Shown here one piece after another: positions 39,174-51,490 of a stretch of 64,000 bases of DNA (position 1 is the first letter of the stretch; each line of letters begins with the position of its first letter). The notes beneath the pieces were generated by a model. That model was not told where the DNA came from and ran no database searches. It saw only the letters and a program-made list of their open reading frames with translations. The translations under genes and the position numbers were made by a program. The stretch comes from Phoronis australis. Lineage: Eukaryota; Animalia; Phoronida. Where the stretch lies: assembly GCA_002633005.1 (NCBI GenBank), contig NMRA01000019.1:1533759-1597758 (forward strand), in the 5' to 3' direction.

Positions 39174-40066
39174 CAACAGATAACGACAAGTTTCAGACCG
39201 TGCATTTATGTGCTCTTTTGTGCTATTTTTTTTTTTTCGTTTTCTACTGTAACTTCAGACTTCCTTGATGCTTTTTCATGAAATTTGGCAAACAAGTTTC
39301 TATGAAGGCAACAGCACTTTTTATATTTTGTGATGGATTCGAGATATTCTGCAACAACCTGTGGCCATTTTAATCATTTTGTGTCTCTTTTTTGTGTGCT
39401 GCTGTATCTGCCAAGCTGCGCAGAAGATCACTATGGAAATTGGCAGATTTGTTTCCACTGACAAGAACCTGTCTGACATGAATTTTCAGATGGGCCCAAG
39501 TACTGTGGTGGCATTTTTTTGGCTTTCAGGGCAGTGCCGCTGTATCTCCTAAACCCCTTGCAAGATGTTTTTGAAACTTTGCAAATGCATACCTGTTAAC
39601 TTGACAACGTATGGACGAATTTGACTACCACTGTGATTTTTTATTGCAATTTGTTTTTTTCTAGCGTTTGCCCTTGTATCAGTCCTTGGAGATTTTAGAT
39701 ATATTTTCATGAATTTTGGCAAATAACTTTTCGAGACAGCACCTTTCCATTGTCAAATTCATTTAATGTATTCTGTGCCATCTAATAGTCATCTTTTTGA
39801 TACTAGTAAAAACCCGTTGAAGCACACTGTTTACGGTGTAGTCATGGGCGTATTTGAGCACACTGCGTTGCTCTTGTTGCTGTATAGTGTACAAGAAGAA
39901 TTTATTTGATGTTTTGTGCAAACATATTTACACTAACTGGCGTTACAGGTATCCTGCAGTGTGTTGTTGGGTCATACTTTTTTGATCAACCTCTTTATTT
40001 CCAGTAGAACTGCATGCTGTGCATGCTATACAACTGCTCTATCCAATGCTCTTGATGTACATGTAG

Positions 40067-40190
40067 GGCTTTGCAAGCGTCGGATGAACAGGCCTCCTAT
40101 CAAAATCCAGAGATTGAACAAAGGGCTAAACAAGCAAGTTTTCTGCAGAGCAAGAGTCGCGAGTACAGGCACCAAATTCAACACCACCAG
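40067..40190 (+). CDS. HAUS1: HAUS1 exon 5
   Basis: 124 nt, phase 2 to 0: ALQASDEQASYQNPEIEQRAKQASFLQSKSREYRHQIQHHQ (cf. FLKAKSEEF). Confidence 0.9.
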
Positions 40191-40216
40191 GTACTACAAT
40201 ATAAGTGCACGGTCAA

Positions 40217-40416
40217 ATGTGATGCATACTGACTCCAGATAGTTTGAAGGTTCATATTGTATATGAACTACCTCCACTATCATGTGATGCATACTGACTC
40301 CAGATAGTTTGAAGGTTCATATTGTATATGAACTACCTCCACTATCATGTGATGCATACTGACTCCAGATAGTTTGAAGGTTCATATTGTATATGAACTA
40401 CCTCCACTATCATGTG
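40217..40416. repeat. 65-bp tandem repeat, 3 identical copies
   Basis: ATGTGATGCATACTGACTCCAGATAGTTTGAAGGTTCATATTGTATATGAACTACCTCCACTATC at 40217, 40282 and 40347. Confidence 0.95.
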
Positions 40417-41925
40417 GTGAATCAGTTAATGGTGCATTATACAAGCACCAGGCAGTGCTTGACACAGGCAAAATATCCACTCAAAAATACGATTGGCGGT
40501 ATATTCTGCACTCATATTTCCGGATTTGTACTCTTTAAATGTGATCACCAAAAAGACATCCATAGTGATTCCCTAAGCGTCTTTTCGACTATTTCATCCA
40601 CAATTCAGAATCTACCAGAATGCTAGTACCCGGGAAACATCTTCATGTTACCGTCTTCTGCAGCACATATAACTATGAGCGAGTTGTTGAAATTGACACC
40701 ACGTCTTAGTGTACCAGAGCCTCATACTACACAACATATTTTGTTCTTCAACAAAACTATTCTTTTATCGCAGTTTTAAGAGCCAGATCTTGCCCTTGTT
40801 CACGTTTCAAGCGGAAATAACCCATGCTCTACTCATGGGGTTTTGGTTGACCTATTTTTTGCATATCTAGGTCACATAATCAGTGCCAAGGTAGCAAACA
40901 CGAATCACCCAATAATGAAATTCTGCACAGAATTTTAAGTATTGCGATGCTTTTCATTTCTTGCTGAATCAGTTAATGTAACCAAGATTTTTGCTCGCGA
41001 AATTTGCACTTCATCATGGTCTTGTACCTCAACGCTTCATTCTATCTGAGCATACTATACCTTGCAGAAGTTGTTTTACTGGAACTTTTTCTTTCATTCG
41101 AGTTGCAAAAGTTTGAACACTGTGAACAAGTGGTTGGAGATTGTGCTTAAATTTATGTTATTTTCTTCATCAACTACTTAAACACATTCGTATGACAGGT
41201 CAGTCCTAGCATGATGGTGGGTATCTTTTCACTGTATATTAATTTTTCTCTTATTTCAAATCGTCTACTTAGGTACTCGACTAGACACATGGCGGATGGA
41301 GACCAGTGATTTAATTTTCGGGTGGGCAACTAGCAACTAGCTTTAAAATAACTGGAAATCCTTTGAGGTTTGCGTCTGTTCAGTTCATTTTCTATGATGA
41401 TTAGTGGCTGGGTGATCCTGTGGCTTAGTTTGTAGGCCCCCACACATCGTTTTTCAGGTTCGCTGTAACTTGATGACCATTCATTTGAATGTTTATAATT
41501 ATGGCAATTATCAAAAGGAGGCGTGACTTCAGAAAACAGTTGGTGGAGAATATGGGACACAATCACCGACCGGGTGTAGAGACAGACATATCTGCATGTG
41601 CTACGACCAAAAAAAAAACAACTGCGACCAACTCTTCTGCACTCATTAGAATAGTACGAGTGAATTCAATTTCCTACTCGTATTCCACTGTCCTTTTCTA
41701 CTTGTATTTTTACCGTCCACTCTCCTATGTCGAGCCCTAACCATGTATACCACCATGTGCTGGATCATGGATCAGTCAATTTCTCCAAGCAATGGCAATG
41801 TTGACTGTGGACATGTTCGTTCAAGCTCAGTTGCCATTTAGTTTCCTGAATGGTGGTGCTACTTGTTACAGATCCGTTTGTTTTATCTGTTTATTCTAGG
41901 CTCATGTTTCATCTGTTTATTCTAG

Positions 41926-41991
41926 GCTCAGCTAGAAAAGACTGGTTTGAACCCACAGATTCGCCATGAGGCCCTGTGTCATAGATATGAG
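41926..41991 (+). CDS. HAUS1: HAUS1 exon 6
   Basis: 66 nt, phase 0: AQLEKTGLNPQIRHEALCHRYE. Confidence 0.88.
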
Positions 41992-42117
41992 GTCAGTATA
42001 TATCTAGCTTCCTTCTGATACCACTTTTCAGTGACTAGGTTCCTACTGATCAATTTTTAAGACACTGTCATGAATGATTGACTGTATTTTTGAAGTTTTC
42101 GCTCCATTGACATTTAA

Positions 42118-45100
42118 GAGGCAGTCCATATAAAAACCAGTAGATTTTCAAAAATCAGTCTATACGTCAAAATTTAAAACAACTTCATTTTTTGTACATG
42201 GGTAGGTATCCTAACAAAAACCCAAATGCCAAATTTTGCGCACTCAATGACCCCTAATTTCGCCGCTGGAGCATGATAACACAAATTGGCACAATTGGGC
42301 ATATTAGCCGTCTCAAAAATCGCATGTTTTCAGCAACAAAAATGAGTAACATACAAAATAGATCAAAAGCTATATTTTGGTGGCTGAAATAACCAACGTA
42401 TACTGTGCATAATTCTGTGCCATTTATTAAAATCTAACAGTTTTATGCTAGACAGGGGAGATAATCCACAGACCACTTTTTGGGGCTAATTTTAGTGGCC
42501 ATTTTTGTGACCTTCTTACTGCCATAAAACACCTTGTAGCCTTATGTGACGTTGTGAACATACAGTTAAAGAGTTAGTCTTGATGACTGAGCAATAAAAA
42601 ATCTTGCCTCAACTTTGCACTTTAGTGAAAATTGTCTTGCAAAACTGTCTATTTTCATAGTTTGGAAATGACGAGCAGAGTTTACAAACCATTTGAACAA
42701 ACTTTTAGGCAAGAAGTCTGCTTTAAATAGTTATAGAAACCAAGTCTAAAGTCTTTCAAATGAAAACAAGATGTTTTCTGGGTTTATTACGCGGCTAGTA
42801 TCAAAACTGAACCCGATGACCTTTGCCCACTGAGGAAGTCAGTTGAGGTTTAAAGCTTGAGGATTTATAAAAAATGTACGTGTAATCCTCTCGTATTCTT
42901 TCATTTCTTTTACATAATCAGGTTAATTTAAACACTCTGTACAACTTTTGAATGGAAATAAATGCCTTTAAGATTAAACGAGTAAGAATTGATATTTGTA
43001 ATGTCTGGTTTTGAGAGAAGCAAGTGCATTTTAAAAAGACAAAATGGCGGACGATGTCGATGGGCCTTCATGTTCCTTTAGAGTTTATTCTTCAAAAAAT
43101 CACAAAAGCTGTGTGCTTTAGTGAGTCATGTCAAAGACACCACTGAACATTTGAGATACAAGAAACTACTTCACAAAGCAAGGCCTGTTCCAGAGTACGG
43201 ACTCGTACTACCCAGAGTCGGTGAATTTCTGACTGAACAGGACCAGTCATGGAAGAGTCAGGTAATGCTGGATGTTACCACTCTGCTCCTCTCCTCCTGA
43301 ACGTAGCACCCTTGTCAAATTCTACCGGCATTTCTGTTTCGAGATATGACTTTAGTGAAAGTCAGAATGGAAAGGATCTCTGTGATCGCAAGATCGCTCC
43401 ACTCAAACAACATGCAAAGTACTTTGTAGCCGAAAGTAATAATATCATAAACTTTCTGGATTTGAAAGAAGCACTACTTTCCAGTGGCCGTGTGAAGGGA
43501 TGTTATGTGTATGCATTTTCAGTCAATGCAACAAAGTCTTTTCCAAAATACTCAGTTCCTGGTATAAGGACATTCCCAAATTCCCACTATTCCATCCAAG
43601 GAATTCACGTGTGGAAATCATTCCATGTAGATGACGGTAAGTTCTTACAAATACTGAGAAAATGGGAAACCTATTTCTCTAAATTACACTAACATCTCTA
43701 GACATGGCGGATTTTCAACACCAAGACTTAAGGTTGGAATTGTATCTAGTGAAGAGCCTCAACAAAAGTTCCCTTGTACCCAGCAAGGTTACTCGAAATT
43801 TTTTGCTACAGACGCAGAACTAGGTCGGCATTTGGATGTGGGTAACCACACTGAACACGTATGACCACATCGCACGACAGTCGTCAGAAATGCTTTTAGA
43901 TGCAAGAACCCGGAGCGTCATTTGAGGCAGCCTCAGAGTACAATGTGGATGAGACGAATGCTGAAGCAATAGGTTAGGCATTGAAAAAAGGTAAAAGGTC
44001 AACAAGATTTTCATCAAAGGTTAAGAACTTTCTGACGAACATATTCGATGAAGGAGAAAGTCAGGTAAAAACTTTCACCCTCGGAAGTGCCAAAATGCCG
44101 GGAGAAAACATTACGCCGAGAACCCACTGTGAAAGTGTAAATTTACCTGTGATGTTAAGTGAATCGCAGATTGGTGGATTTTTTCGAGGTTGTCTGCAGC
44201 AATGTTTATGACGATGCTATTTCTGCTGAAGATGCTGTTATGTTTACTGAATGAAGTGATAAATGAGCTCAACGTTTAGCCTAGTTTTGTAGCATACCAG
44301 TCAAAGATGTGTGATATATGAAGTCGAGACCGTTACTTCTGTTTACTTCATGTCTGTCATGAAGTAGTCATTAATAAAATTGTCTTTCGCGAATTATTTT
44401 CTATTAACTGTGAATGTGTACCTTTTTATACCACTGATGATCACACTGGCAGAAATATTCAGCGTTAGGGTGCCCGGTGTGTGTGGGGGGAACACCAGAT
44501 TTCTGGCGACTGGTGGCGACTAAAATTTGTAGCAACCAGCAGGGACATTACAATATGAACCCAAAGTTACAATGACTATTGACAAGTTGAAGGATTTTTT
44601 GCACTGAACACTAGGGGCCGGGGCATATCCACCTTGGGTGGCTTCCTTTGCCTGTGGCACGAACAAGGCAGATAGAAAACAAGGCAGGGGTGAGTTCAGT
44701 AACACTAGAACCTCTCTAAAATTTATCCAAAACCACGTGTTCTCATTTAAAATACACGGCAACATCTCGCGAAGTCTTGAATTATAGCAAGGTCCTCGTG
44801 TTACTGCTCTTATTCTAGATGCGTCTTCAGTCTCCACGTAAACAAAAGCAGCGCCATCTATCATTTAGAAGCACGCATGCCAGTTGATTTACGTACACAT
44901 TTTTGTAATAAGTATTAATCATCAATGCCGTTTTCATAGAATGGTAATTAATAATGCTGTCTGCCTTTTCTCCAAAATACAAAGTTTTTATTTCGTGTTT
45001 CGCAAGCTTATTATATGTTCCAAGAGCCCCCTATTGGCAGCAGAGGCAACTGAGAACATGCAAAAGGACGAAGTGCAGTTCGTATAATGCTTCGTACGCA

Positions 45101-45596
45101 AAAACTACATTAGAGGCAAGATTTTTTATTTTAGATTATAAACAGGTTAGGAATGACCTAACAAATTATTATAAAGTCAATTTCAGGAAAGGTGCGTTAT
45201 GGCTGCTACAGAGTGTCAAATGTGGCCGAAAATGGCTTCAGTGAAAACCTGAAAAATAACCGTTTTTGCCTCACAAATTCAAAACGTATAAATTTAAAAA
45301 TGGATTTTGAAAGTTATGCCATTACATTATTCAGCCATTGCCCTTTCAATTCGTATTATTCATTTGTTTTGACCGTATCATACATGCTAGTAAAATGCAT
45401 TCAAACATGCCTACTTCGACGCCCAATTTTGTTGCAAAATGGAGGTACAGGTCATAAAAAGAAAAATAATGAATGAAAATTCTTAAAAATTGAGGTTTTT
45501 CTACTTCTCAACAAATCAAACTTATGTGCTAAGTTTCAAAAAAATCGGTGATTTTGGGTATAGACTCTACCTGTTGGTTTTTATATGGAGTCACTC
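42118..45596 (+). mobile_element. Sola3 DNA transposon (defective) in HAUS1 intron 6
   Basis: TTAA on both flanks (42114-42117 and 45597-45600) and GAG...CTC termini. TIR GAGGCAGTCCATATAAAAACCAG versus the reverse complement GAGTGACTCCATATAAAAACCAA. The transposase fragment at 43249-43692 has (D>G)NAGCYH and YDFSESQNGKDLCDR. Confidence 0.85.
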
Positions 45597-46477
45597 TTAA
45601 CCCTTTAAAGCTATCCTTCAGTGGTGATACATTTACTTTTAGAACTTCCTACTGTGATTATTATTTTACAACATCAGTTTGACTTCAAAAACGAATTCAC
45701 CTACACGTATTGATTGACGGAATTCAGGGACATAAATGCCAAGATCAATAATTTTCTGAGATCAGCCTCAGGGTGGAATTGAATGTGGAACCCCTGCAGT
45801 CTGAGTATAACTCTGAGCTGACGGAGCTAAACCCTACTCATTAAATGTCAGAGTATACTAAACATATTTCATTGATAAAGTCTGTGGTCTTTATTTCAGC
45901 AGAAGTCTGGCTGACAACAGCCAGACTTGGTAATTTGTAACAGAATTGCCAAATTACAATATATTTTGTCAAATCTATCCATCCTGAAAATAAATTTCCA
46001 TCCACAAAACTGGTCATTTCCCGACTGGCATGTATGTCACTATGCAAAGCTTAAGTTATATCAAACAAACAACAGCCATAGGTATTTCTACTGTGGATGG
46101 TGTCACCCATTCTTTGTTGCATGTCCTATTATTCAACATTACAATATGGTGTGATATGGCTACATATATTTCACAATTCTTTAGATGTCCACGAGTTTGG
46201 GTAATTATTTAAATTGTGTGTTGTTGAAAATGTAGCTAGGACTATCTGGATTGTCCAATACATCCAGAAAACTAACAGCCCATTTGAGCAGTGTTTTAAA
46301 AGTCCAGTGTATTATAAGCAGATTCTTCATTTGCATGGCGATGTCGCATAATGTCAATCTATGTCCTCGTTTCTTGAACACATGAGCGTTGACATGTCTT
46401 ACATTTGTGGCAACACATTTTCATCATGTTTTCTGTGTCACTCTGGGCATGTATAGCATTTTGTGTTTCTTTTGTAG

Positions 46478-46549
46478 GAGTTACAGGCACTTGGACAGCG
46501 ACTGATTCCACTGAAGTCAAAATTAAACAGTTACCATGACTTACCTCCT
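46478..46549 (+). CDS. HAUS1: HAUS1 exon 7
   Basis: 72 nt: ELQALGQRLIPLKSKLNSYHDLPP (cf. IPLKKKLESYLDLMP). Strong TTTTGTAG acceptor and GTGAGT donor. Confidence 0.95.
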
Positions 46550-47446
46550 GTGAGTGTTTCTTGTAACCGTTGCCAGTTGTAATAATCGTAACAATTTGAA
46601 TGCTGGAATCAAGCATTAGATTTTGTCACAATGGGCCATTGGAGGGCATTAGAAACCCCTGTGACTGAATTTCGTAGCTCATTTGTTGTGGAGGTAGCCA
46701 ATGTTTTCCCTCATAGTCATTTTTATTTGCAATTTTTGGTAGGTTCACAGTCTGCTTTATTACAGAGATATTGGCCAATCCTAAGGATGATGTCTGCTCA
46801 GTTTGTTAAGCAACTTGAAAAGCATGTTACACTTTTTTGAATCACTGATTACCATAGAAACTTCACATCCACTTCAAAACAGTTACGTGCCTGTAATGGT
46901 TAACTTGGTGTACTTAGGAACATGAAGCAAAGCAAATCTTATTATCCAGAAGTTTGCTTTTGTTCAACTTGTTTAAGCCGTGTACAACTTACTATTTACT
47001 AAATCAATTTTGAGCTTGCCGCTTTGTGTTGCCTCCACATGCCTAATCCAACATGGCAAAGTTCCTAGATAAAACTCTCAGGTCTCTGAAACTTAGGCTC
47101 GTTGTTTGAACGGAAATTTTGGAATATCTTGCAAGCTCCGCGGTGCCCGAATGCCCCTTGAAGGCACAATAGCAGGCACAAGGGGTCGTGGCCACTTCTT
47201 GAGGCAGATGAAGATGATCAGATAGGTACGGTATTTGTTGAAGGTTCGGTTATTATTTGTTTACTTCCTGTGGTATTTTGAATGCACAGTTTTTTGTGGC
47301 GTGGCGACTTCGTGGCGATCTGGGATTTTTCCAAGTTGCTAAGCAAAATTTGAGGTCATTAAATCGAGCCCTGCAATTAATTTATTTACTTTATGCTATT
47401 ACTGTATTAGACAGATACTTTTATCCAGTACATGTCACTATTGCAG

Positions 47447-47494
47447 GATTTGTCCTTGGCAAAGCTTAAGATAGAGGAAACAAGACAACACTTG
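47447..47494 (+). CDS. HAUS1: HAUS1 exon 8
   Basis: 48 nt: DLSLAKLKIEETRQHL (cf. NPSLAQVKIEEAKREL). GTAAGG donor. Confidence 0.95.
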
Positions 47495-48073
47495 GTAAGG
47501 CCTCTGTGACGTAATGATTAATTGTAAGATGTACTTTCCATTGCAACAAGTGATTGTTTACATGCATTCGTCTCTCTTTGTGTAAAGCCAACATTAAAGA
47601 CTTCTTTTCATTTGTGTTTCTGCGGAAACAAGTAAGTTTTGTTTTCTTCCAAACAATGGATAAACTATGAGCCAAATAAAAATATGGTTTCAATCGTGAC
47701 ATTATTGTTATTTTGGAATCAGGAGCCTAATAGATGTACCCTGAATTAAAAACAGCAGGCTTAACCAATAAAAATTTGATTTTAAATCCCTCATTAAGTT
47801 TTTTGATTTAAGTAAATCAGTCTTCAGCCTGCTTCATAATCAATTCAGAAGTGATTTATTGGCTTTAGAATAGCTTAAACACAATACTTCATTTAGTGTA
47901 GACCATTCGTGCTTTTGCAAGTTTGTATCAATAACCAGCCATGTGACACCAACCGTTTGGAAGTTGTCACCCTCTCAGATAGAATGATTTTCCAAGCAAA
48001 GATATCTCCGTTAATCCAGCAGTGAGTAGCCTAAACTAGTAATTATTATCATAGAATGCTCAAACATTTGCAG

Positions 48074-48124
48074 GCTGCCCTGGAGAGGGAGCTGTCGAAA
48101 CACATAGACATGATGCACATGTGA
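48074..48124 (+). CDS. HAUS1: HAUS1 last coding exon
   Basis: AALERELSKHIDMMHM* (cf. DSIEAELTRRVDMMEL*). Confidence 0.95.
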   Translation, partial: AALERELSKHIDMMHM

Positions 48125-50210
48125 GGACGTTAATCAACATCTGCTGTGTGAAGAAATTGTAAAGGTGGACACTTCAAAAAGCTGTCAAATCAGCAGAATT
48201 CCTTCTGTCTCTGGTTGCGTCACCTCATGTTCACGGTGTTTACGTTGGTACTGGCAGGGAAAAAATAGGAAGCTGATGGCTATTACTGTAAAGTGCTCAG
48301 ACATGTGTACTTTTTCAGGAAAATCCATTTCTGTGTAGTAGCTTTGCATTATCTCCACTAACTGAGTCACATTCATGGTGAGAATGTGCTCTCCTGTGAA
48401 CTTATGGCTGAAGAAAAACGTGTTCAGTCTAGTGGTAAACACCTGTTGGAGTTGTAGCCTAAATCATCAAAATTACTCGCTTAGTATTCAGTGCCTCATT
48501 GAATTGGAATGTTGAAGAGAAGATTAATTCCAGCACTTTGCAATGAAGCATTACAAAGTAATAGATGTTTAAGTTAAATAATGGACCACCTGCTTCTGTT
48601 TTTTTTTTTTAGCAAACTTACTTTCATTTAATACCGAGATGCATACCCCTCCCTTTGTGTTCTTGGACAGTGTGTTCAAACTGGGAGCAAGCTGAAAATA
48701 CACTATTTATTTTTTATTTGTATTATTTATTTTAATAATTTATCTTTTTCTGTTTATGCACACACACGCACGCACACACACTTTAATTTGGCTGTACTCT
48801 TTCTTGTATACATGTACATATTTCATTGAAGACACGACTTTGATCTGTTTTTACTAGTTTAATTTCAGTTCTTTCAAACTTTGATGCTACAGATTTTACC
48901 ATTAACTAAGAGAAATTGTCTTCTGGAATTTAAAAATATAATTAATTGACATGCTCTGCAGAAGTGAAGTTTTGAAAATGTATTATATGGATGATAAAAT
49001 ACACGTTTTCAAGTTCAATATTACAAGGCAATCTATCTTGCAAAAGTGAGGTCGATGCCCTGGCCAGCGCCCTAAAGGACAAATCAAGCACTGGTGGTTG
49101 ACAAAGTTTTTCTTGAATTTTCTCCATGATTCGCTGTGATTCTTCTCAGGACTGTCCCTTGGCCATAGTTCATCCCTGAAGCCCGCAAATCATTAAGGAT
49201 AGTGTGCCCAAACCCTCGCTTCTTGCAGCCCTAAATTGGCACAGTGCATTTAAGCTCTCAGTTTAATGTTACTGGAACAGAGTTTGGTGAACGTGACAGT
49301 TAAATTAAAATTTAACTGAATTATTTTGTATCGAAACACTGTGTAGATTGGGGAATTGCGATCTCTAAAGTCATGTGTTCTAGCCACTTAACTAGTTGCA
49401 ATGGTGGAAAAATCATCGGTGTGCAAGACTTCTTATTCCGAAAAGTTTAGTTTGAAGATTAAAAACAGTTTTAAACCTTGTGGGGACTCATAAAATCTTG
49501 TCCATCTTCTAATCAGAGACCGTTATTGGATTCATTGATTTCATACGTCTTTCAACACAGATATTCCACCTATCAACAGGTAGCTATTTACTGATGTCGA
49601 GCAGCGAGCATATTTCCCGTTTAATTTTGTTATGCAGCACTGTTTTCAACGGTCACATTGATTGATTACTGGTACGAAATGATATTTCAACAAGTCTCGG
49701 ACTCTAGAGATTGTCTTCATATTTCTGAAATATCCCATACTAAAAATGTTACAAAGACCCACGCATTTTTATTCACACTACACTCATAGTCTGCAAATGT
49801 AATTATTAATTGTAAACTAATGTTTTCATAATATGCAATAAGACCGTAACGAAAACCGTTTGTTAAGAATTGATTAATCTATTCGGGAACATGCAGGAAT
49901 CGGCCCTGTGTTCGATTTTTTTGATTCAAGATTCCGTTTGGAAAACACGCTTAATCTAAACAATTAAGCAAACTGATCTGGTACTTGTTATGGTCACCTG
50001 TACAGCACGTGTTTTCGAGAGCCTCAGCTTTTAGGAAATAAGTTAACTTTCACATTATAAAAACAGGGGAAGCACAAAAGCGAAGCTTTTTACGAGACCA
50101 TGTGACTCCCGCATAGACAGCGGTACGATTCACGAATCTTGCGTTTGATAAACAGATATGAAACTGTTTTATCTCTAATTGATATCTCTATGATGTCGAT
50201 AATGTTTATT

Positions 50211-50663
50211 GGCGGATTTCAGAAGCGTATACATGATTTTGAGTTATGGGGGACCAGTAATAAGCAGAATTTCGGCAAATGCGCGCACCCAGCCTAAAGT
50301 GTAGGGGTGCAGGGACCTCAAATTTTAGGTTTGCGAACCTTTTGACAAAAAAAAAACGGTAAACGGGGTTTCTTCAGGGCCTATGCATTATTTATTCAGC
50401 CCCCGAGCCACCCTGATTGCGCATGTGCTAGTCAGCAATTCGCACCCGAACTGCCAAATGGTATCTGGGGTACAATTTTAGGGAGCCATGGCCCCTTTGC
50501 CCCCCTAAATCCGCCACTGGATTTAGAAGAGGGTCATGTCCCCCTAAAAGTATCCCATATTCCATTTGGCAGTTCGGGGCTGCGGATGTTTAACGGGAAA
50601 ACTCCCGGCTAATACTCCGGCTGCCATGGTCCCCTCTAACTCAAACTCCTGGATCCGCCCTTG
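50211..50663. mobile_element. GGCGGAT...ATCCGCC MITE family copy plus adjacent partial copy
   Basis: The body (GAATTTCGGCA.ATGCGCGC.CCCAGCCTAAA.TGTAGGG, AACGGTAAACGGGGTT, GCTAGTCAGCAATTCGCACC) is shared with 56288-56602. It ends in AAATCCGCCACTG, followed by an inverted partial copy ending GGATCCGCCCTTG. Confidence 0.75.
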
Positions 50664-51414
50664 ATTATGTATTTCAAACGGGATACCTTTCGTCTGAAAA
50701 TTCTTGAAGCCTTAATGATAAAAACTGAAACTCCTGACAAAAATTTCCAAAGTACTCGGTTCCATCGTACCTTGTCGTTAGATGTATAATGTCCATCTTT
50801 GCAATACCAATGTATTGCATTTACTTTTCCAACATTTTACAGTAGCTTAGTTCGCGTGACAATTCCTTCTGATTTTGCGCCCTTTTATATCGTACCTAAT
50901 TTTATACCACATGAGCACGGGCAACAATCGCATGTTTAGCAAAGGGCATTGCACCGACAATTATACACTATGAAAACTAAGACGCATAATTTCCATAAAA
51001 ACGATATTTTAATTCAGTGAAATTTTTCTCTCGTGTTCTCTCACTTGTAAATCACCGATATCCAATTTGAATGCAGGTGTCGTGTGGTCGGGATCCTTTG
51101 ACTTGAGCATTATAGTCAGTTACTAGTGGTAACCTACTTGAGCAGACGATATATTCCCGTTCCGAAGCTTAGCGTGATAAAATGTGTAGTAAGCTATAAC
51201 AGTGGCGGATCTAGGATATCACAAGGGGGCCAACATTTTGTCCGGCTGTAAGCATTTGAACCACGATTGTAGATGCGCATAGCACCGAATGGGGGAGGTC
51301 GCTCAGGAAATTTTTCTGTTTTTACCTCTAAAAATCAAGCATTTTCCTTGATTCCTGAAGTATTATCCAAGAAAAAAAGGTAAAAAAAACACAGAGAACG
51401 TGTCAAAGAGGAAA

Positions 51415-51490
51415 AACTGAACGTACCAAAGACTCGCACTCACGACCTGGCGGATAGAGAGCGCGTGCGTTACCACTACACCACCACGAT
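51415..51490 (-). mobile_element. tRNA-like SINE head or tRNA pseudogene
   Basis: Minus strand reads GTGGTGGTGTAGTGGTAACGCACGCG...GGTCGTGAGTGCGAGTC, giving an A box and a degenerate B box. The acceptor stem does not pair. Confidence 0.4.

Larger units (their letters stand above)
37100..39878. mobile_element. Helentron/HINE-like non-autonomous element interrupted by a LINE and a MITE
   Basis: Diverged TTTT(C/T)ATGAAATTTGG(C/T)AAA modules occur on both sides of the LINE (37205, 39272, 39705). A terminal hairpin GAGCACACTGCGTTGCTC is followed by TTGTT at ~39856-39878. Boundaries approximate. Confidence 0.45.
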
